Source of the DNA: a virus
DNA length: 64,000 nt
IMG/VR virus record: IMGVR_UViG_3300026097_000980
Coordinates: 64,001-128,000 of that record
Direction: 5' to 3' (one strand)
A program made the position numbers and the translations under genes. The notes under the pieces were generated by a model. The model had not been told where the DNA came from. It worked only from the letters and a program-made list of their open reading frames with translations, and did no database searches. Positions 9,649-19,267 of this stretch are shown here, piece by piece (the first letter of the stretch is position 1; the number at the start of each line of letters is the position of its first letter).

Positions 9649-10977
9649 ATTTATCCAGCCAGGAGTGCCGTTAGATACTCCGCCACCAGCAAGACCTGTA
9701 TCATCTACATATCCCTGATATTTTTGTGTATCTGAATTAAATATTACCATTCCTGCAAGAGGAGTAATACTGGAAATTTTTGATGCGTCTTGCTCTGCAT
9801 ATTTTACAATTTTAGATTCAAAAGCACCGGTATAGTACATGGTAAACTGATGGTAATCGTTTGCTACGTCGCCTTCACCGTCGCCTGCACTAATTGAGAA
9901 AGCTAAATTAGATGCCGGTGCATTATCCGATGCTGTTGCAGAAGAGTCCATCTGACTTAGAAGACTTGCCAAACTCTTTCCGATATCATCTCCAGCACTA
10001 TCGAAATAAGTAGAAAATACAAGTTGGCTGGTCACGTCGCCCGGGCTTACTGTTGCAGGACTTTCAAATGATCCGCTTACAACATGTAATTGTATTTTCG
10101 GAATTGACCCACCGGATTTAAGTCCGTTTATACGTAAAACCTGTTCTCCTTCCGATCTAATAAAGGTACCTTGTGTTGTATCAACAAATACTTTACCCAA
10201 CCCACCGGCGTCTTGAATGCTTGAAGTTACAAGACTTCCTGTCAACGTGCCGTCTATTGCATCAACTATGGGTGTGCTATCGTCGCGGAATACAGAACCA
10301 ATTACATCACCATTTAGTGTACCATTAAATGTTGCTGTAGCAGAGTCCACAACTAAAGTGCTATCGTCACCGACGATATTAATATTAAAGTTAGTCCCGT
10401 TAACAATTTCTGCTCCGGTGCCAATTGTTGAGCCGCCTATTGTGGATCCTGCTGGCAAGTTCACAGCAGTACCTGTCGATGTTATCGTTGCATCACCTAA
10501 AAATAGACTAGATCCGCTTAGATACAAGTCTCTAAATTTATTGCCAGATGTACCTAGATCATACACGCTGTCTGCGGCTGGCACAATGTGTGATCTAATT
10601 GTGCCGTTCAAGTTAAACGAACCTAAAACACCATCTACCAAGATCTGCGAGTCGTCTGCAAATACTGAACCTTTAAAGCCGTCTGCACCTATTACACCTT
10701 GATAATTAGAAAGATCTTGACTTACTGTGGCAACAACTTTGTTTAGAACATCGTCGTAAGCAAAACTAACACCTTCGTGATCGCTATGAGATGTGAATAA
10801 ATCCGCAGAAGCATCTTGTGCTTCTTCAGCGGTAAAATTGGCAGCCGCAATTCCTCCTGCGGTTGATCCGTTACCTATAAAAAGTTGTTCTAATTGAGTA
10901 TCCCAAATCAGTTCACCTTCGACGGGTGTGATTGCATTTCTGTCTGCGGTAGGACCTCTTCTAATTTGTAAAGGCAT
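9640..10977 (-). CDS. tail fibre/virion fibre protein (Mtd/hyaluronidase-type N-terminus)
   Basis: LQIRRG...EGELIWDT..LFIGNG N-terminus; YDLGTSGNKFRDLYL; GSVFADDS repeats. Confidence 0.75.
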   Translation of the reverse strand: MPLQIRRGPTADRNAITPVEGELIWDTQLEQLFIGNGSTAGGIAAANFTAEEAQDASADLFTSHSDHEGVSFAYDDVLNKVVATVSQDLSNYQGVIGADGFKGSVFADDSQILVDGVLGSFNLNGTIRSHIVPAADSVYDLGTSGNKFRDLYLSGSSLFLGDATITSTGTAVNLPAGSTIGGSTIGTGAEIVNGTNFNINIVGDDSTLVVDSATATFNGTLNGDVIGSVFRDDSTPIVDAIDGTLTGSLVTSSIQDAGGLGKVFVDTTQGTFIRSEGEQVLRINGLKSGGSIPKIQLHVVSGSFESPATVSPGDVTSQLVFSTYFDSAGDDIGKSLASLLSQMDSSATASDNAPASNLAFSISAGDGEGDVANDYHQFTMYYTGAFESKIVKYAEQDASKISSITPLAGMVIFNSDTQKYQGYVDDTGLAGGGVSNGTPGWINLH

Positions 10978-11016
10978 ATCGTAATGACTCCAGATAAGAT
11001 TGTTACAGAGTATTTA

Positions 11017-11580
11017 TCATATATACTCTATATCTGCCGCGATTACAAATCGATTTTCTGAGCTGGTATAAATGCCCGGTCTGTGCCAAACACTGCTTGG
11101 ATATATCAACCAGGTATGCGGCTGAGGTTTAACATACACAGTATTTTCAAATTTCTCGCCATCGAGACTCATCTCGGTGCCCGACAAATCATAATCCGTA
11201 ACATCGTCTGGTATGTGAGCATAATATATTCCAGACAGCATGGGAGTGGTTTTATGCTGATGGTGATGCCATAGATTGTTGCGATCTTCTGCGGTTTCTT
11301 TATTGGTCATAAAGCTCCAAGCCATCAAGTTAGATATCTTTGCTTCTCTGCCTAAATACATAAAGACCGCAAACATAAAACTCATTCGGTATTTCAACCA
11401 CACAGGCTCCGACCGTGCAAAAATATTTTCTTCGGTTTGAAACCTTGGGGAATTTTTAAAATAACCGCCAGCGTCTATTATGTTCTTAACAATTTCGCAT
11501 GCTGTTTGATCGTCCTGTTCAGTAATGACCGAACTGAAGTCGAATTTTCTAAAAAGATCGTCCTGTTCTATAATATTCAT
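11017..11580 (-). CDS. 2OG-Fe(II) oxygenase (TIGR02466-like)
   Basis: WHHH...LSGIYY...IYPSSVWHRP...RFVIA. Confidence 0.7.
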   Translation of the reverse strand: MNIIEQDDLFRKFDFSSVITEQDDQTACEIVKNIIDAGGYFKNSPRFQTEENIFARSEPVWLKYRMSFMFAVFMYLGREAKISNLMAWSFMTNKETAEDRNNLWHHHQHKTTPMLSGIYYAHIPDDVTDYDLSGTEMSLDGEKFENTVYVKPQPHTWLIYPSSVWHRPGIYTSSENRFVIAADIEYI

Positions 11581-12198
11581 TTACATCCTAAAATATTCAA
11601 AATAGTCCTTGACCAATGCTTTTTCTCTGTCTCTATTTTCGTAAATCCAGTGCTTGGTCAATCTATGCGGAGTTCTCGGTGTGTAAGTAAATTTTCCGAA
11701 AAACCCTGTATCATACGGTTCGCCATACCACTCCGGATTGTGTTTTACAATACAGGCTATAGGAGCCATAGCTCCGAATGTATAATGTACAGAACTGAGC
11801 ATTGCAAAATCACAAATAAATCCATCAGCAACCACAACCATATGCGTATCAATGGTACCTTGTTCTACCCAGCTGTTGTATTGACCAATTTCAGCATACC
11901 AATTTTTCTCTGGCTTTTCGTACAGCAACGTAACCTGTTTACAGTGTGCTTCAACACCATGCAGTCTCAGCACACGCCTTAACATATTGCTCATTAATAT
12001 ACATTGATTTCCGTACTCGTGTACCCATCCTATCCTATAAAACCGAGTATAGGTTTCTAATATTTTAGGAGGAAGGCTATTTAGATCTGTAGTTGCTAAA
12101 GAATAGTCTTCCGGAGCAACCTTAAAGTTCGGCGACCAATCATACCTTTTATGGCCGTCTCCGGTTTTGTCTTTCCAATTATCGAAAAAATTTGTCAT
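11581..12198 (-). CDS. transglutaminase-like (Cys-His-Asp) protein
   Basis: GNQCILMS..L...L..HGV...HMVV...ICDF triad pattern. Confidence 0.5.
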   Translation of the reverse strand: MTNFFDNWKDKTGDGHKRYDWSPNFKVAPEDYSLATTDLNSLPPKILETYTRFYRIGWVHEYGNQCILMSNMLRRVLRLHGVEAHCKQVTLLYEKPEKNWYAEIGQYNSWVEQGTIDTHMVVVADGFICDFAMLSSVHYTFGAMAPIACIVKHNPEWYGEPYDTGFFGKFTYTPRTPHRLTKHWIYENRDREKALVKDYFEYFRM

Positions 12199-12647
12199 TC
12201 AAAAATTCCTATTTTTTGTAAATGTTCAACTGTCTGGTCGGATAGTTCGATTTCAAATTGGATTTTTTTGTTAAGTTTATCTTCTTCTAGATCAAATATC
12301 TGTTTTCTTAAATTAATTATTTCTTTTTTTGCTTGATCGATATCGTCTTGACTTAAAAATACGTATTCGTTGTTGTTAACGATATCGAGAAGTTCGCTGA
12401 TGCGATTATGAGCCATGTTAATTTTTTGTTGATTTAGGTCAATTCCTGAATGAATATTCGCCGCATTTAACAAAGTTTTAACATTATAAAAACACAGGGT
12501 CATGAATTGTTTTTCAGAATCATAAACTGACCAATTTTGTCGCAGATCATCGCTAGACTCGGATGAGTCATAATTAAAACAAAAGAGATTTATCTTTTCT
12601 CTTAATAATTCTAAAAGATTCTCCGCACGATAAATGCTCAGTTTCAT
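12195..12647 (-). CDS. hypothetical protein
   Basis: ORF translationally coupled in the operon. Confidence 0.5.
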   Translation of the reverse strand: MKLSIYRAENLLELLREKINLFCFNYDSSESSDDLRQNWSVYDSEKQFMTLCFYNVKTLLNAANIHSGIDLNQQKINMAHNRISELLDIVNNNEYVFLSQDDIDQAKKEIINLRKQIFDLEEDKLNKKIQFEIELSDQTVEHLQKIGIFE

Positions 12648-12868
12648 AGTTCGAAATCGAAATTTTCTAAATGTCGATTATCGAATTCTTTTCTTGTGTA
12701 TAACCCTCGTTCAATCTCTTTTAACGCAGTTACAGGTGCAGAATGTTCTTCTTCAATTCTTGGTTCGCTGCCATTTTGAATTTCTCTGGCACGATGTGCC
12801 GCCATCAAAATTAAATCATGTTGTCCGCCAGCGTTAATTACGCATTTGTCTCTATCAATATGTGCCAT
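12644..12868 (-). CDS. rpoZ: RNA polymerase omega subunit
   Basis: DLILMAAHRAREIQNG...PVTALKEIERG. Confidence 0.85.
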   Translation of the reverse strand: MAHIDRDKCVINAGGQHDLILMAAHRAREIQNGSEPRIEEEHSAPVTALKEIERGLYTRKEFDNRHLENFDFEL

Positions 12869-12875
12869 TTTTTCC

Positions 12876-13502
12876 TCACTTTAATTCTAATCTGCACGTA
12901 CCGTCTCCGATAGTGCCTCTTACCCAAACGTTAAATGCTATGCTGTATCTATCAATAGAACTTCGATTCGGATTTACTCGATGTTCTACATGCCATGGAA
13001 ACAAAAATACGTCTCCTTCTGAAGGAACAAAAGCATATTCTTCAGTGTTAAAACAATTCTGTTCGTGGTCCTCCTTAAAATCAAATCTTATCATTTCTCC
13101 GAAAAGACTTACATGATTATGTGCTTGTTTAAAAACAATTTCTCCACTGTTTTCTGCAACCGTCATATAGTAAACACCAGAAATAGCACAATTACTGTGC
13201 CAGTGTTGTGTGTTGTATTGACCTTTTGTGTGCCGATTAGCCCAACTGTTTAAAATATAAAATTCTACGTCTTTGCTAATACCCAAAATTTCATGTGCGA
13301 AATTGTTTATTTCATCTAAAATTTTAGATTTAAGATTAGCTAATTCAGGACGATCTAGTAAATACTTGTCATCGGTGTCTGCATGTCCTACAGCGTTTTG
13401 ATCGTAAGTGCATTTCCTTACTAGGTCTTTTTTAATTTGATTTAATCCTCCGATATTAGCATGATACAACGGAGTTGCAAACATCGGATGAACGGTTGCC
13501 AT
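12876..13502 (-). CDS. 2OG-Fe(II) oxygenase (TIGR02466-like)
   Basis: SWAN...HWHSNCAISGVYY...FPWHVEHRV...RYSIAFN. Confidence 0.85.
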   Translation of the reverse strand: MATVHPMFATPLYHANIGGLNQIKKDLVRKCTYDQNAVGHADTDDKYLLDRPELANLKSKILDEINNFAHEILGISKDVEFYILNSWANRHTKGQYNTQHWHSNCAISGVYYMTVAENSGEIVFKQAHNHVSLFGEMIRFDFKEDHEQNCFNTEEYAFVPSEGDVFLFPWHVEHRVNPNRSSIDRYSIAFNVWVRGTIGDGTCRLELK

Positions 13503-13645
13503 TACTTGCCTTGTCCTCTATATCTTTTCTTTACAGCATTTTTGCCTTTATATCTACTGAAAGAAGAGTTTCCTATTGATGTTCTTTTTTTGGTTCTGCG
13601 TTCTTTGATAGAATCGCTGAGAGTTGCTTTTTTGCCTGCGGCCAA
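13502..13645 (-). CDS. small basic phage protein (47 aa, ends KRYRGQGK)
   Basis: Hand-found; TTG start after AGGAGA. Confidence 0.55.
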   Translation of the reverse strand: MAAGKKATLSDSIKERRTKKRTSIGNSSFSRYKGKNAVKKRYRGQGK

Positions 13646-13647
13646 TG

Positions 13648-14085
13648 TTATCTCCTATTAAACTTAATTGTGTATTCTCTACCACCGTCCCAAAATGTAA
13701 TGGTGCTGTGACTGTATACTTCTACACGCTCTTCGTCGTAGCGTGTTTCAGTTTGGCATTGTGTTTGTGTACCACCTACGGCATCTGAATTTTGATTGCC
13801 GATAATGCCACCTAATACTCCGCCAATCTTTGCGCCGTCATCGTGATCGATTTGGTGTCCTACAACACCGCCGATAATAGTGCCAACAATAGTATCAGCT
13901 GTGCGATCTCCAGGAACTTGCACCTGTTTGCACACTTCCACTGTGTAAGGACGTTGTTTGATAACAGTCTTGTAGTGATCGTTGGTCACACCCATAACAT
14001 TATTTTGTGCAAATGCAATACTCGATAATAAACTTGCACCAAATGCTATCACCACTGTGTGAAAATATAATTCTTTAAACTTCAT
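13648..14085 (-). CDS. glycine-zipper 2TM domain secreted protein
   Basis: Signal peptide; GTIIGGVVGHQI...GGVLGGIIG. Confidence 0.7.
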   Translation of the reverse strand: MKFKELYFHTVVIAFGASLLSSIAFAQNNVMGVTNDHYKTVIKQRPYTVEVCKQVQVPGDRTADTIVGTIIGGVVGHQIDHDDGAKIGGVLGGIIGNQNSDAVGGTQTQCQTETRYDEERVEVYSHSTITFWDGGREYTIKFNRR

Positions 14086-14102
14086 TTTCTTTTCCTATAA
14101 AT

Positions 14103-14193
14103 TGGCAGAGATGGAGGGATTCGAACCCTCGGAACGCTATTAACGTTCACTCCCTTAGCAGGGGAGCGCCTTCAGCCACTCAGCCACATCTCT
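14103..14193 (-). tRNA. tRNA-Ser(GCT)
   Basis: Cloverleaf, CT-GCT-AA loop, long variable arm, encoded CCA; upstream TTGACT-16-TATAAT. Confidence 0.95.
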
Positions 14194-14233
14194 AATTTAT
14201 TTTATTATACACTAATTATTAAAAAAGTCAATA

Positions 14234-14941
14234 TCAAGTAGCACGACTGACCAACATATCACGAATATGTCCAATCGCCTTTGTGGGATTGAGTCCTTTA
14301 GGACACACACTCACACAGTTCATGATTCCTCTGCAACGGAACACTGAGAACGGATCATCCAGTTCGCTCAGTCGTTCTTCTGTGGCTGTGTCTCTGCTAT
14401 CAGCAAGATAGCGATATTGTGCTAACAGTGCTTGCGGTCCTAGGAACTTGTCTGGATTCCACCAAAAACTAGGACAACTTGTTGAACAACAAGCACACAT
14501 GATACACTCGTACAGTCCATCTAGCTTTGCTCGTTCTTCTGGAGATTGTAGTCGTTCTTGATTGGGTGTAGGCTCGTCGTTTTGTAGATAAGGTTTTACT
14601 TTTTGATACTGCTTATAGAACTGTGTCATATCAACCACTAGATCGCGAATAACAGGCAACCCAGGCAGTGGACGAATAACCAATCTACCTTTGCGATCTA
14701 CAACTTCACTCACAGGAGTAATACAGGCAAGTCCATTCTTGCCGTTCATATTAACACCGTCACTGCCACAAACACCTTCGCGGCAACTTCTACGATATGT
14801 AAAACTTTGATCCCGTTCTTTGATCATACCCATAACATCAAGCACCATGAGATCCTTGCCTTCAGGTAGATCAAACTCTACCTCTTGCATCCAAGGTACG
14901 TCGTCTGTTTCTGGATTATAACGATATAAACTTACTTTCAT
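14234..14941 (-). CDS. sdhB: succinate dehydrogenase iron-sulfur subunit
   Basis: RRSCREGVCGSDG, CIMCACCSTSCP, CRGIMNCVSVCPKGLNP. Confidence 0.97.
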   Translation of the reverse strand: MKVSLYRYNPETDDVPWMQEVEFDLPEGKDLMVLDVMGMIKERDQSFTYRRSCREGVCGSDGVNMNGKNGLACITPVSEVVDRKGRLVIRPLPGLPVIRDLVVDMTQFYKQYQKVKPYLQNDEPTPNQERLQSPEERAKLDGLYECIMCACCSTSCPSFWWNPDKFLGPQALLAQYRYLADSRDTATEERLSELDDPFSVFRCRGIMNCVSVCPKGLNPTKAIGHIRDMLVSRAT

Positions 14942-15355
14942 TTTAATCTACATCCTAACTTCCAAGTAGGCTGAATATCATTGTTTTCTTCAACCCAAGT
15001 TTTTGCCCATTTGCATTGCTCTTTATCTTTGTATACAAAGAGTTGTTCCTCGCCGTAATAGGGAGGAACCAGAGTAAGCCAAGAAACAAATAATACATAC
15101 ATGTAAATATTTACCAAAAGCCCAATACTCGACTGTTGCCTGTAATAATAGCAAGACAGGTGACGATATGTAATAGCACCCAACCTGTTCTTATAATAGC
15201 GACACGGTCTGCTTTATGATCTTCATCATAAGCCTTTTGACCTATGGCTTTGCACCAATATTCCCACATCGAATATTAGTCTTGTCTACCAGTGTCTGCA
15301 ATAGCCATGACCAAAAAAACAGCAACCCATAGGCAAAATAGAGTAAACGGATCCA

Positions 15356-15775
15356 TTATAATGTCTCCACATAGTTGCCAATGTCACGCATGTCTTGTTC
15401 AGTCATCCAACTGGCTTGACCCCACATCATTGCACTTTGCTGTCCGATGGTCTCGCCATTCTTGTATTTGGTAAGTTTTTCAACAATCTGATCACTGGTC
15501 TGACCTGCAAGTGTTGGACCAACGCCACCTTCACCTGCTTGACCGTGACAGGCGGCACACTGAACATAGTGTTTTGCACCCACAGCCACAGCAGGATCAA
15601 CTGCCGCTACTTTTACTGGCTCACCACTCTTCCAGGTTACTCCACAAAAGTAATCACCACGAGGACATTGTCCGTTATTAAATCCAATGTTACGATTCTC
15701 ACCGCCGCCCAAAAATGCAAACACACTTGCGGTTGCAACAAACATTAACACCATTCCGATTACTGCTTCTTTCAT
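15356..15775 (-). CDS. membrane-anchored c-type cytochrome (c553/c4-like)
   Basis: CAACHG, GP.LAGQ, distal MM, N-terminal hydrophobic segment. Confidence 0.85.
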   Translation of the reverse strand: MKEAVIGMVLMFVATASVFAFLGGGENRNIGFNNGQCPRGDYFCGVTWKSGEPVKVAAVDPAVAVGAKHYVQCAACHGQAGEGGVGPTLAGQTSDQIVEKLTKYKNGETIGQQSAMMWGQASWMTEQDMRDIGNYVETL

Positions 15776-16090
15776 ATTCCTGCGTCCTTTTTATATACTT
15801 CTGCTTTTTCCATCAAGAAACTATACTGCTTGATGTCACCATTACGCTGTGCCTTTTGAGCGAGCTCTAGTGTTTCAAGATACTGCTTCTTGGCTTTTTC
15901 TTTAGGCGATTTAAATAGTCCGAACATTATTTGTCCTTTCCTTTTTTATCTTCTATGTCAGAATATCCTGTGTCCCAATCCCAGTGACGTTTTGAGTCAA
16001 CTATATGCGGATGCTGAACACGGCGTTTACGATCTCGCAGTTTTTCTTCATCTGTTTTGAATAGGTCTGCGAGTAGATTGCGAAACTTGC

Positions 16091-16390
16091 TCACCCTTCT
16101 CGCTCTAAATCCCATTGAACTCGGTTAGGTGGTGCAGGAGGAGTTCTTGACTTCTCCTTGGTGAATACATAAAAAGTAAAGAACAAACAAGTAAGAAGCA
16201 CTGTGTGTCCAATAATATTGTATCCAATGAATAATAGTTCTGCTGTGTAGATACCAAATGCAATACACCACATTGCCGCAAGAATATTGCTTGCTAAGAA
16301 CTTGTATTCCATAGGACTGTTGCGCAGTCCATTCTTTGTAGCATCCAAAATGCCGTAAGCAAAAGTGCCCAAGTTAATCCAACCCATCAT
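16091..16390 (-). CDS. hypothetical membrane protein
   Basis: Two hydrophobic segments. Confidence 0.5.
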   Translation of the reverse strand: MMGWINLGTFAYGILDATKNGLRNSPMEYKFLASNILAAMWCIAFGIYTAELLFIGYNIIGHTVLLTCLFFTFYVFTKEKSRTPPAPPNRVQWDLEREG

Positions 16391-17526
16391 TTTAAAATCT
16401 CCACGATTCTTTCTGCTAATTGTTTAAACCATTCAGCATCCCTGCCCCGTGTAGTCTCTGCGGCTGTGCCAATCCTAATACCACTTGTTTCTACAAAACT
16501 TCGTGGATCATTTGGTACACCGTTCTTGTTCACTGTGATGCCGTGCTCCTCCAGTAAGTCTGCGGCTTCACGACCTGAATGTTTACTTTCACTCAAGTCA
16601 AGTAATAGTATATGCGAATCCGTGCCTCCTGTCAACAGTTTAAAGCCATTATCTACAAATACTCGTGCCATTGCCTGTGCATTGTGTACAACACGACTTG
16701 CATAGTCAATAAACTCGTCTGTGTTTGCTTCTGCGAATGCCTGTGCCTTTGCCGCAACAATGTTCATCAACGGTCCGCCCTGTGTGCCTGGGAAGATAGC
16801 TGAGTTGATTTTCTTAGTAAAGAACTCGTCGTTCCAAAGAATGATGCCTCCTCGAGGCCCACGCAGAGTTTTGTGTGTTGTGCTTGTGACAACATCTGCA
16901 TAATCACAGGGATTAGGATATGCTTTACCAGCAATCAACCCACTGTAGTGTGCCATGTCTACCATGAAGATTGCACCTACTTGATCAGCAATGTGTCTAA
17001 ACTTTTCCCAGTCAATGCGTCTAGGATATGCACTTGCACCTGCAATAATCATAGCAGGTTCTACTTCCAGTGCTTGTTTCATAATAGCATCATAGTCCAG
17101 CCAACCTTCGTCGTCTACACCATAACTGTGTGCTTCAAACCATTTGCCACTTAGGTTGGCAGGAGATCCGTGTGACAGGTGTCCACCACTTGCCAAGTCC
17201 ATTCCTAGAATCTTATCACCAGGTTCCAAAAATGCTTTGAACACAGCTAGGTTTGCATTCGCGCCTGAATGCGGTTGAACATTGGCAAATTCACAGCCGT
17301 ATAGTTCTTTGAGTTCGTCAATGGCAAGTTGTTCAATTTCGTCCATGTGTTCGCAACCGTTGTAGTAACGCTTGCCTGGATAACCTTCAGCATACTTATT
17401 AGTGAATACACTGCCGCAAAGCATCATTACGTAGTCACTGGCAAAGTTTTCTGAAGCAATAAGCTCAACAGTATTTCTTTGTCTTTCGTCTTCTTTCTCT
17501 AATATATTAACTATTCTTTTATCCAT
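16387..17526 (-). CDS. glyA: serine hydroxymethyltransferase
   Basis: ELIASEN, NKYAEGYPGKRYY, TTHKTLRGPRGG; start set at MDKRIV. Confidence 0.97.
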   Translation of the reverse strand: MDKRIVNILEKEDERQRNTVELIASENFASDYVMMLCGSVFTNKYAEGYPGKRYYNGCEHMDEIEQLAIDELKELYGCEFANVQPHSGANANLAVFKAFLEPGDKILGMDLASGGHLSHGSPANLSGKWFEAHSYGVDDEGWLDYDAIMKQALEVEPAMIIAGASAYPRRIDWEKFRHIADQVGAIFMVDMAHYSGLIAGKAYPNPCDYADVVTSTTHKTLRGPRGGIILWNDEFFTKKINSAIFPGTQGGPLMNIVAAKAQAFAEANTDEFIDYASRVVHNAQAMARVFVDNGFKLLTGGTDSHILLLDLSESKHSGREAADLLEEHGITVNKNGVPNDPRSFVETSGIRIGTAAETTRGRDAEWFKQLAERIVEILK

Positions 17527-17753
17527 TTTAAGATCCTGCTCGTAAGAAGATAGGCAACACAAAGATAAAGAAAACCAGCAACCAGAAGTTTAGATACAGC
17601 CTATCCAACTTGTCGCTCATTTTCTTGATGCGAAATACTTCACCTTCGATGTATTTCTGCAGGGTGGGATCATCCGTGGTCCGTCGTGCTACTTCCTTGG
17701 CTTCTTTTTCGTATTCTTCGTCTGTTTGACCGAACATGATGTTTCCTCAAAAA

Positions 17754-17830
17754 TGGTACCGCTGAGTGGACTCGAACCACCACTGTATAGAACCTAAATC
17801 TATCGCCTCTACCAATTGGGCTACAGCGGC
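17754..17830 (-). tRNA. tRNA-Leu(TAG), short variable loop
   Basis: ATAGA-TT-TAG-GT-TCTAT arm, GTTCGAG T-loop, ACCA. Confidence 0.9.
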
Positions 17831-18353
17831 ATACTACTATTTAATTATCGGGCTATAAACTTACAGGTCGCTCGAATCTTTTACAAACGGGCCTGCATCT
17901 AAAATGTTCATTACAGCATTGCTGTGATCAACTTCAAACATCAAATTTAGATGTTCAAACTCTTTGGTCTCCCAGTCCTCATTTGATTGAATACGCACAT
18001 CAGTGGCTCCAGCGGCTAATGCGGCTTGAAATGCTTCGGTTCCTGCTTTGATATCTTTTGTGTATACATCTACTGATACTTTCATTAAGTTTTTCCTTTT
18101 ATTACATTTATTTGAATAGGCTCTTGCCTACAGTTTTTTCAAGTTCTTCTAAACTTGTTAAGTCTTGCTGTTTCTCTAGTATAGCACGTTTTGGATTTAG
18201 GTTAAACCGTTCTTCGAACCAAAAGTTAATGGTGTCGAAAAAGTCCACGCACCAACGGAAGATCTTGCGTTTACGAATCTTCATCACTTTGCACCGCTTT
18301 TACTAATGCATAGATTGATCCAATAATAATAAGAGCAATAATTAAATCATTCA

Positions 18354-18728
18354 TTAAAATAATTCCTTTTCGGTTAACACTTTAAACTCATATCCTTGCT
18401 GTTCACAGTATTCTTCAGCGGCCTTCCACTTGGCACGATTAACCTTGTACTTCTTTTGATAGTAGGGTTTAATCTCTACAATAATAACTCTACCATCCCT
18501 AGTGTTTACCATAAAATCAGGATAGTAGTTATGCCACTTTTCATCTTTGGGAGCAACATAGGGAATATGTAGTTCCTCTGAGCTCCATTTAAATATCTTA
18601 GGGCTACGATCGCAATACAGCATAAAACGCCTTTCCCAAAGACTGCGATAGGTAATCTTGTTTACGTTACCCGCATACTTCTCAGGATTCTGTGGACGAT
18701 ATCTACCACGTATTGCTGTTGGCTTCAC
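18354..18728 (-). CDS. head completion nuclease (T4 gp4-like, TnsA-like)
   Basis: GRYRPQNPEKYAG..ITYRSLWERRFM..CD, YYPDF, EIKP, KWKAA, LTEKEL. Confidence 0.85.
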   Translation of the reverse strand: MKPTAIRGRYRPQNPEKYAGNVNKITYRSLWERRFMLYCDRSPKIFKWSSEELHIPYVAPKDEKWHNYYPDFMVNTRDGRVIIVEIKPYYQKKYKVNRAKWKAAEEYCEQQGYEFKVLTEKELF

Positions 18729-18730
18729 TA

Positions 18731-19267
18731 TTACTTAACTCTCAATTCTTCAATGTTAATCGGAGTGTAGTCAATGTGCTCAACACAAACACATCTGTGA
18801 TGCTCTGTGGGACTGGGATTCTGGTGAATATGTCCGTGAACATTTAACAACTGCTCGCCTTCCTTGTTGTGGCGATAGCGAAACAATCCACTAGGATCCA
18901 AAGGAATGTGACTTAACAGTAATCCGTATTCGTGAAACTCTCTCCACACAACAACCTTGGTAACAAGTCCGTTCTGAATAAAGAACTTAGCATCATCGTG
19001 GTTGCCTAAGATAAGACGCTTGCTGCCGTTGAGCCTAGCCCATAAACTTCTAAATGTGTCTTTGTTACCAAAGAACACATCACCTAAGTGATACACTGTA
19101 TCGCCAGGCTTAACAACACGATTCCAGTTCTCGATCATTGTTTCGTCCATTTCTTCAACAGAGTCGAAACGATCTCCACGAACTAACTTACCTGTGTTTG
19201 AATCCACAAAGGTAAGGATGTTAGCGTGTTGAAAGTGTGTATCACTTATTAACCAGATGTCTTTCAC
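18731..19267 (-). CDS. metallophosphoesterase
   Basis: SDTHF, LGD, GNHD, HGHIH. Confidence 0.9.
   Translation of the reverse strand: MKDIWLISDTHFQHANILTFVDSNTGKLVRGDRFDSVEEMDETMIENWNRVVKPGDTVYHLGDVFFGNKDTFRSLWARLNGSKRLILGNHDDAKFFIQNGLVTKVVVWREFHEYGLLLSHIPLDPSGLFRYRHNKEGEQLLNVHGHIHQNPSPTEHHRCVCVEHIDYTPINIEELRVK

Noticed and set aside
6989-10100. Diversity-generating retroelement TR/VR pair
   Set aside because: Differences between the two copies are not adenine-specific, many are synonymous, both copies are coding, and no reverse transcriptase is in the window.
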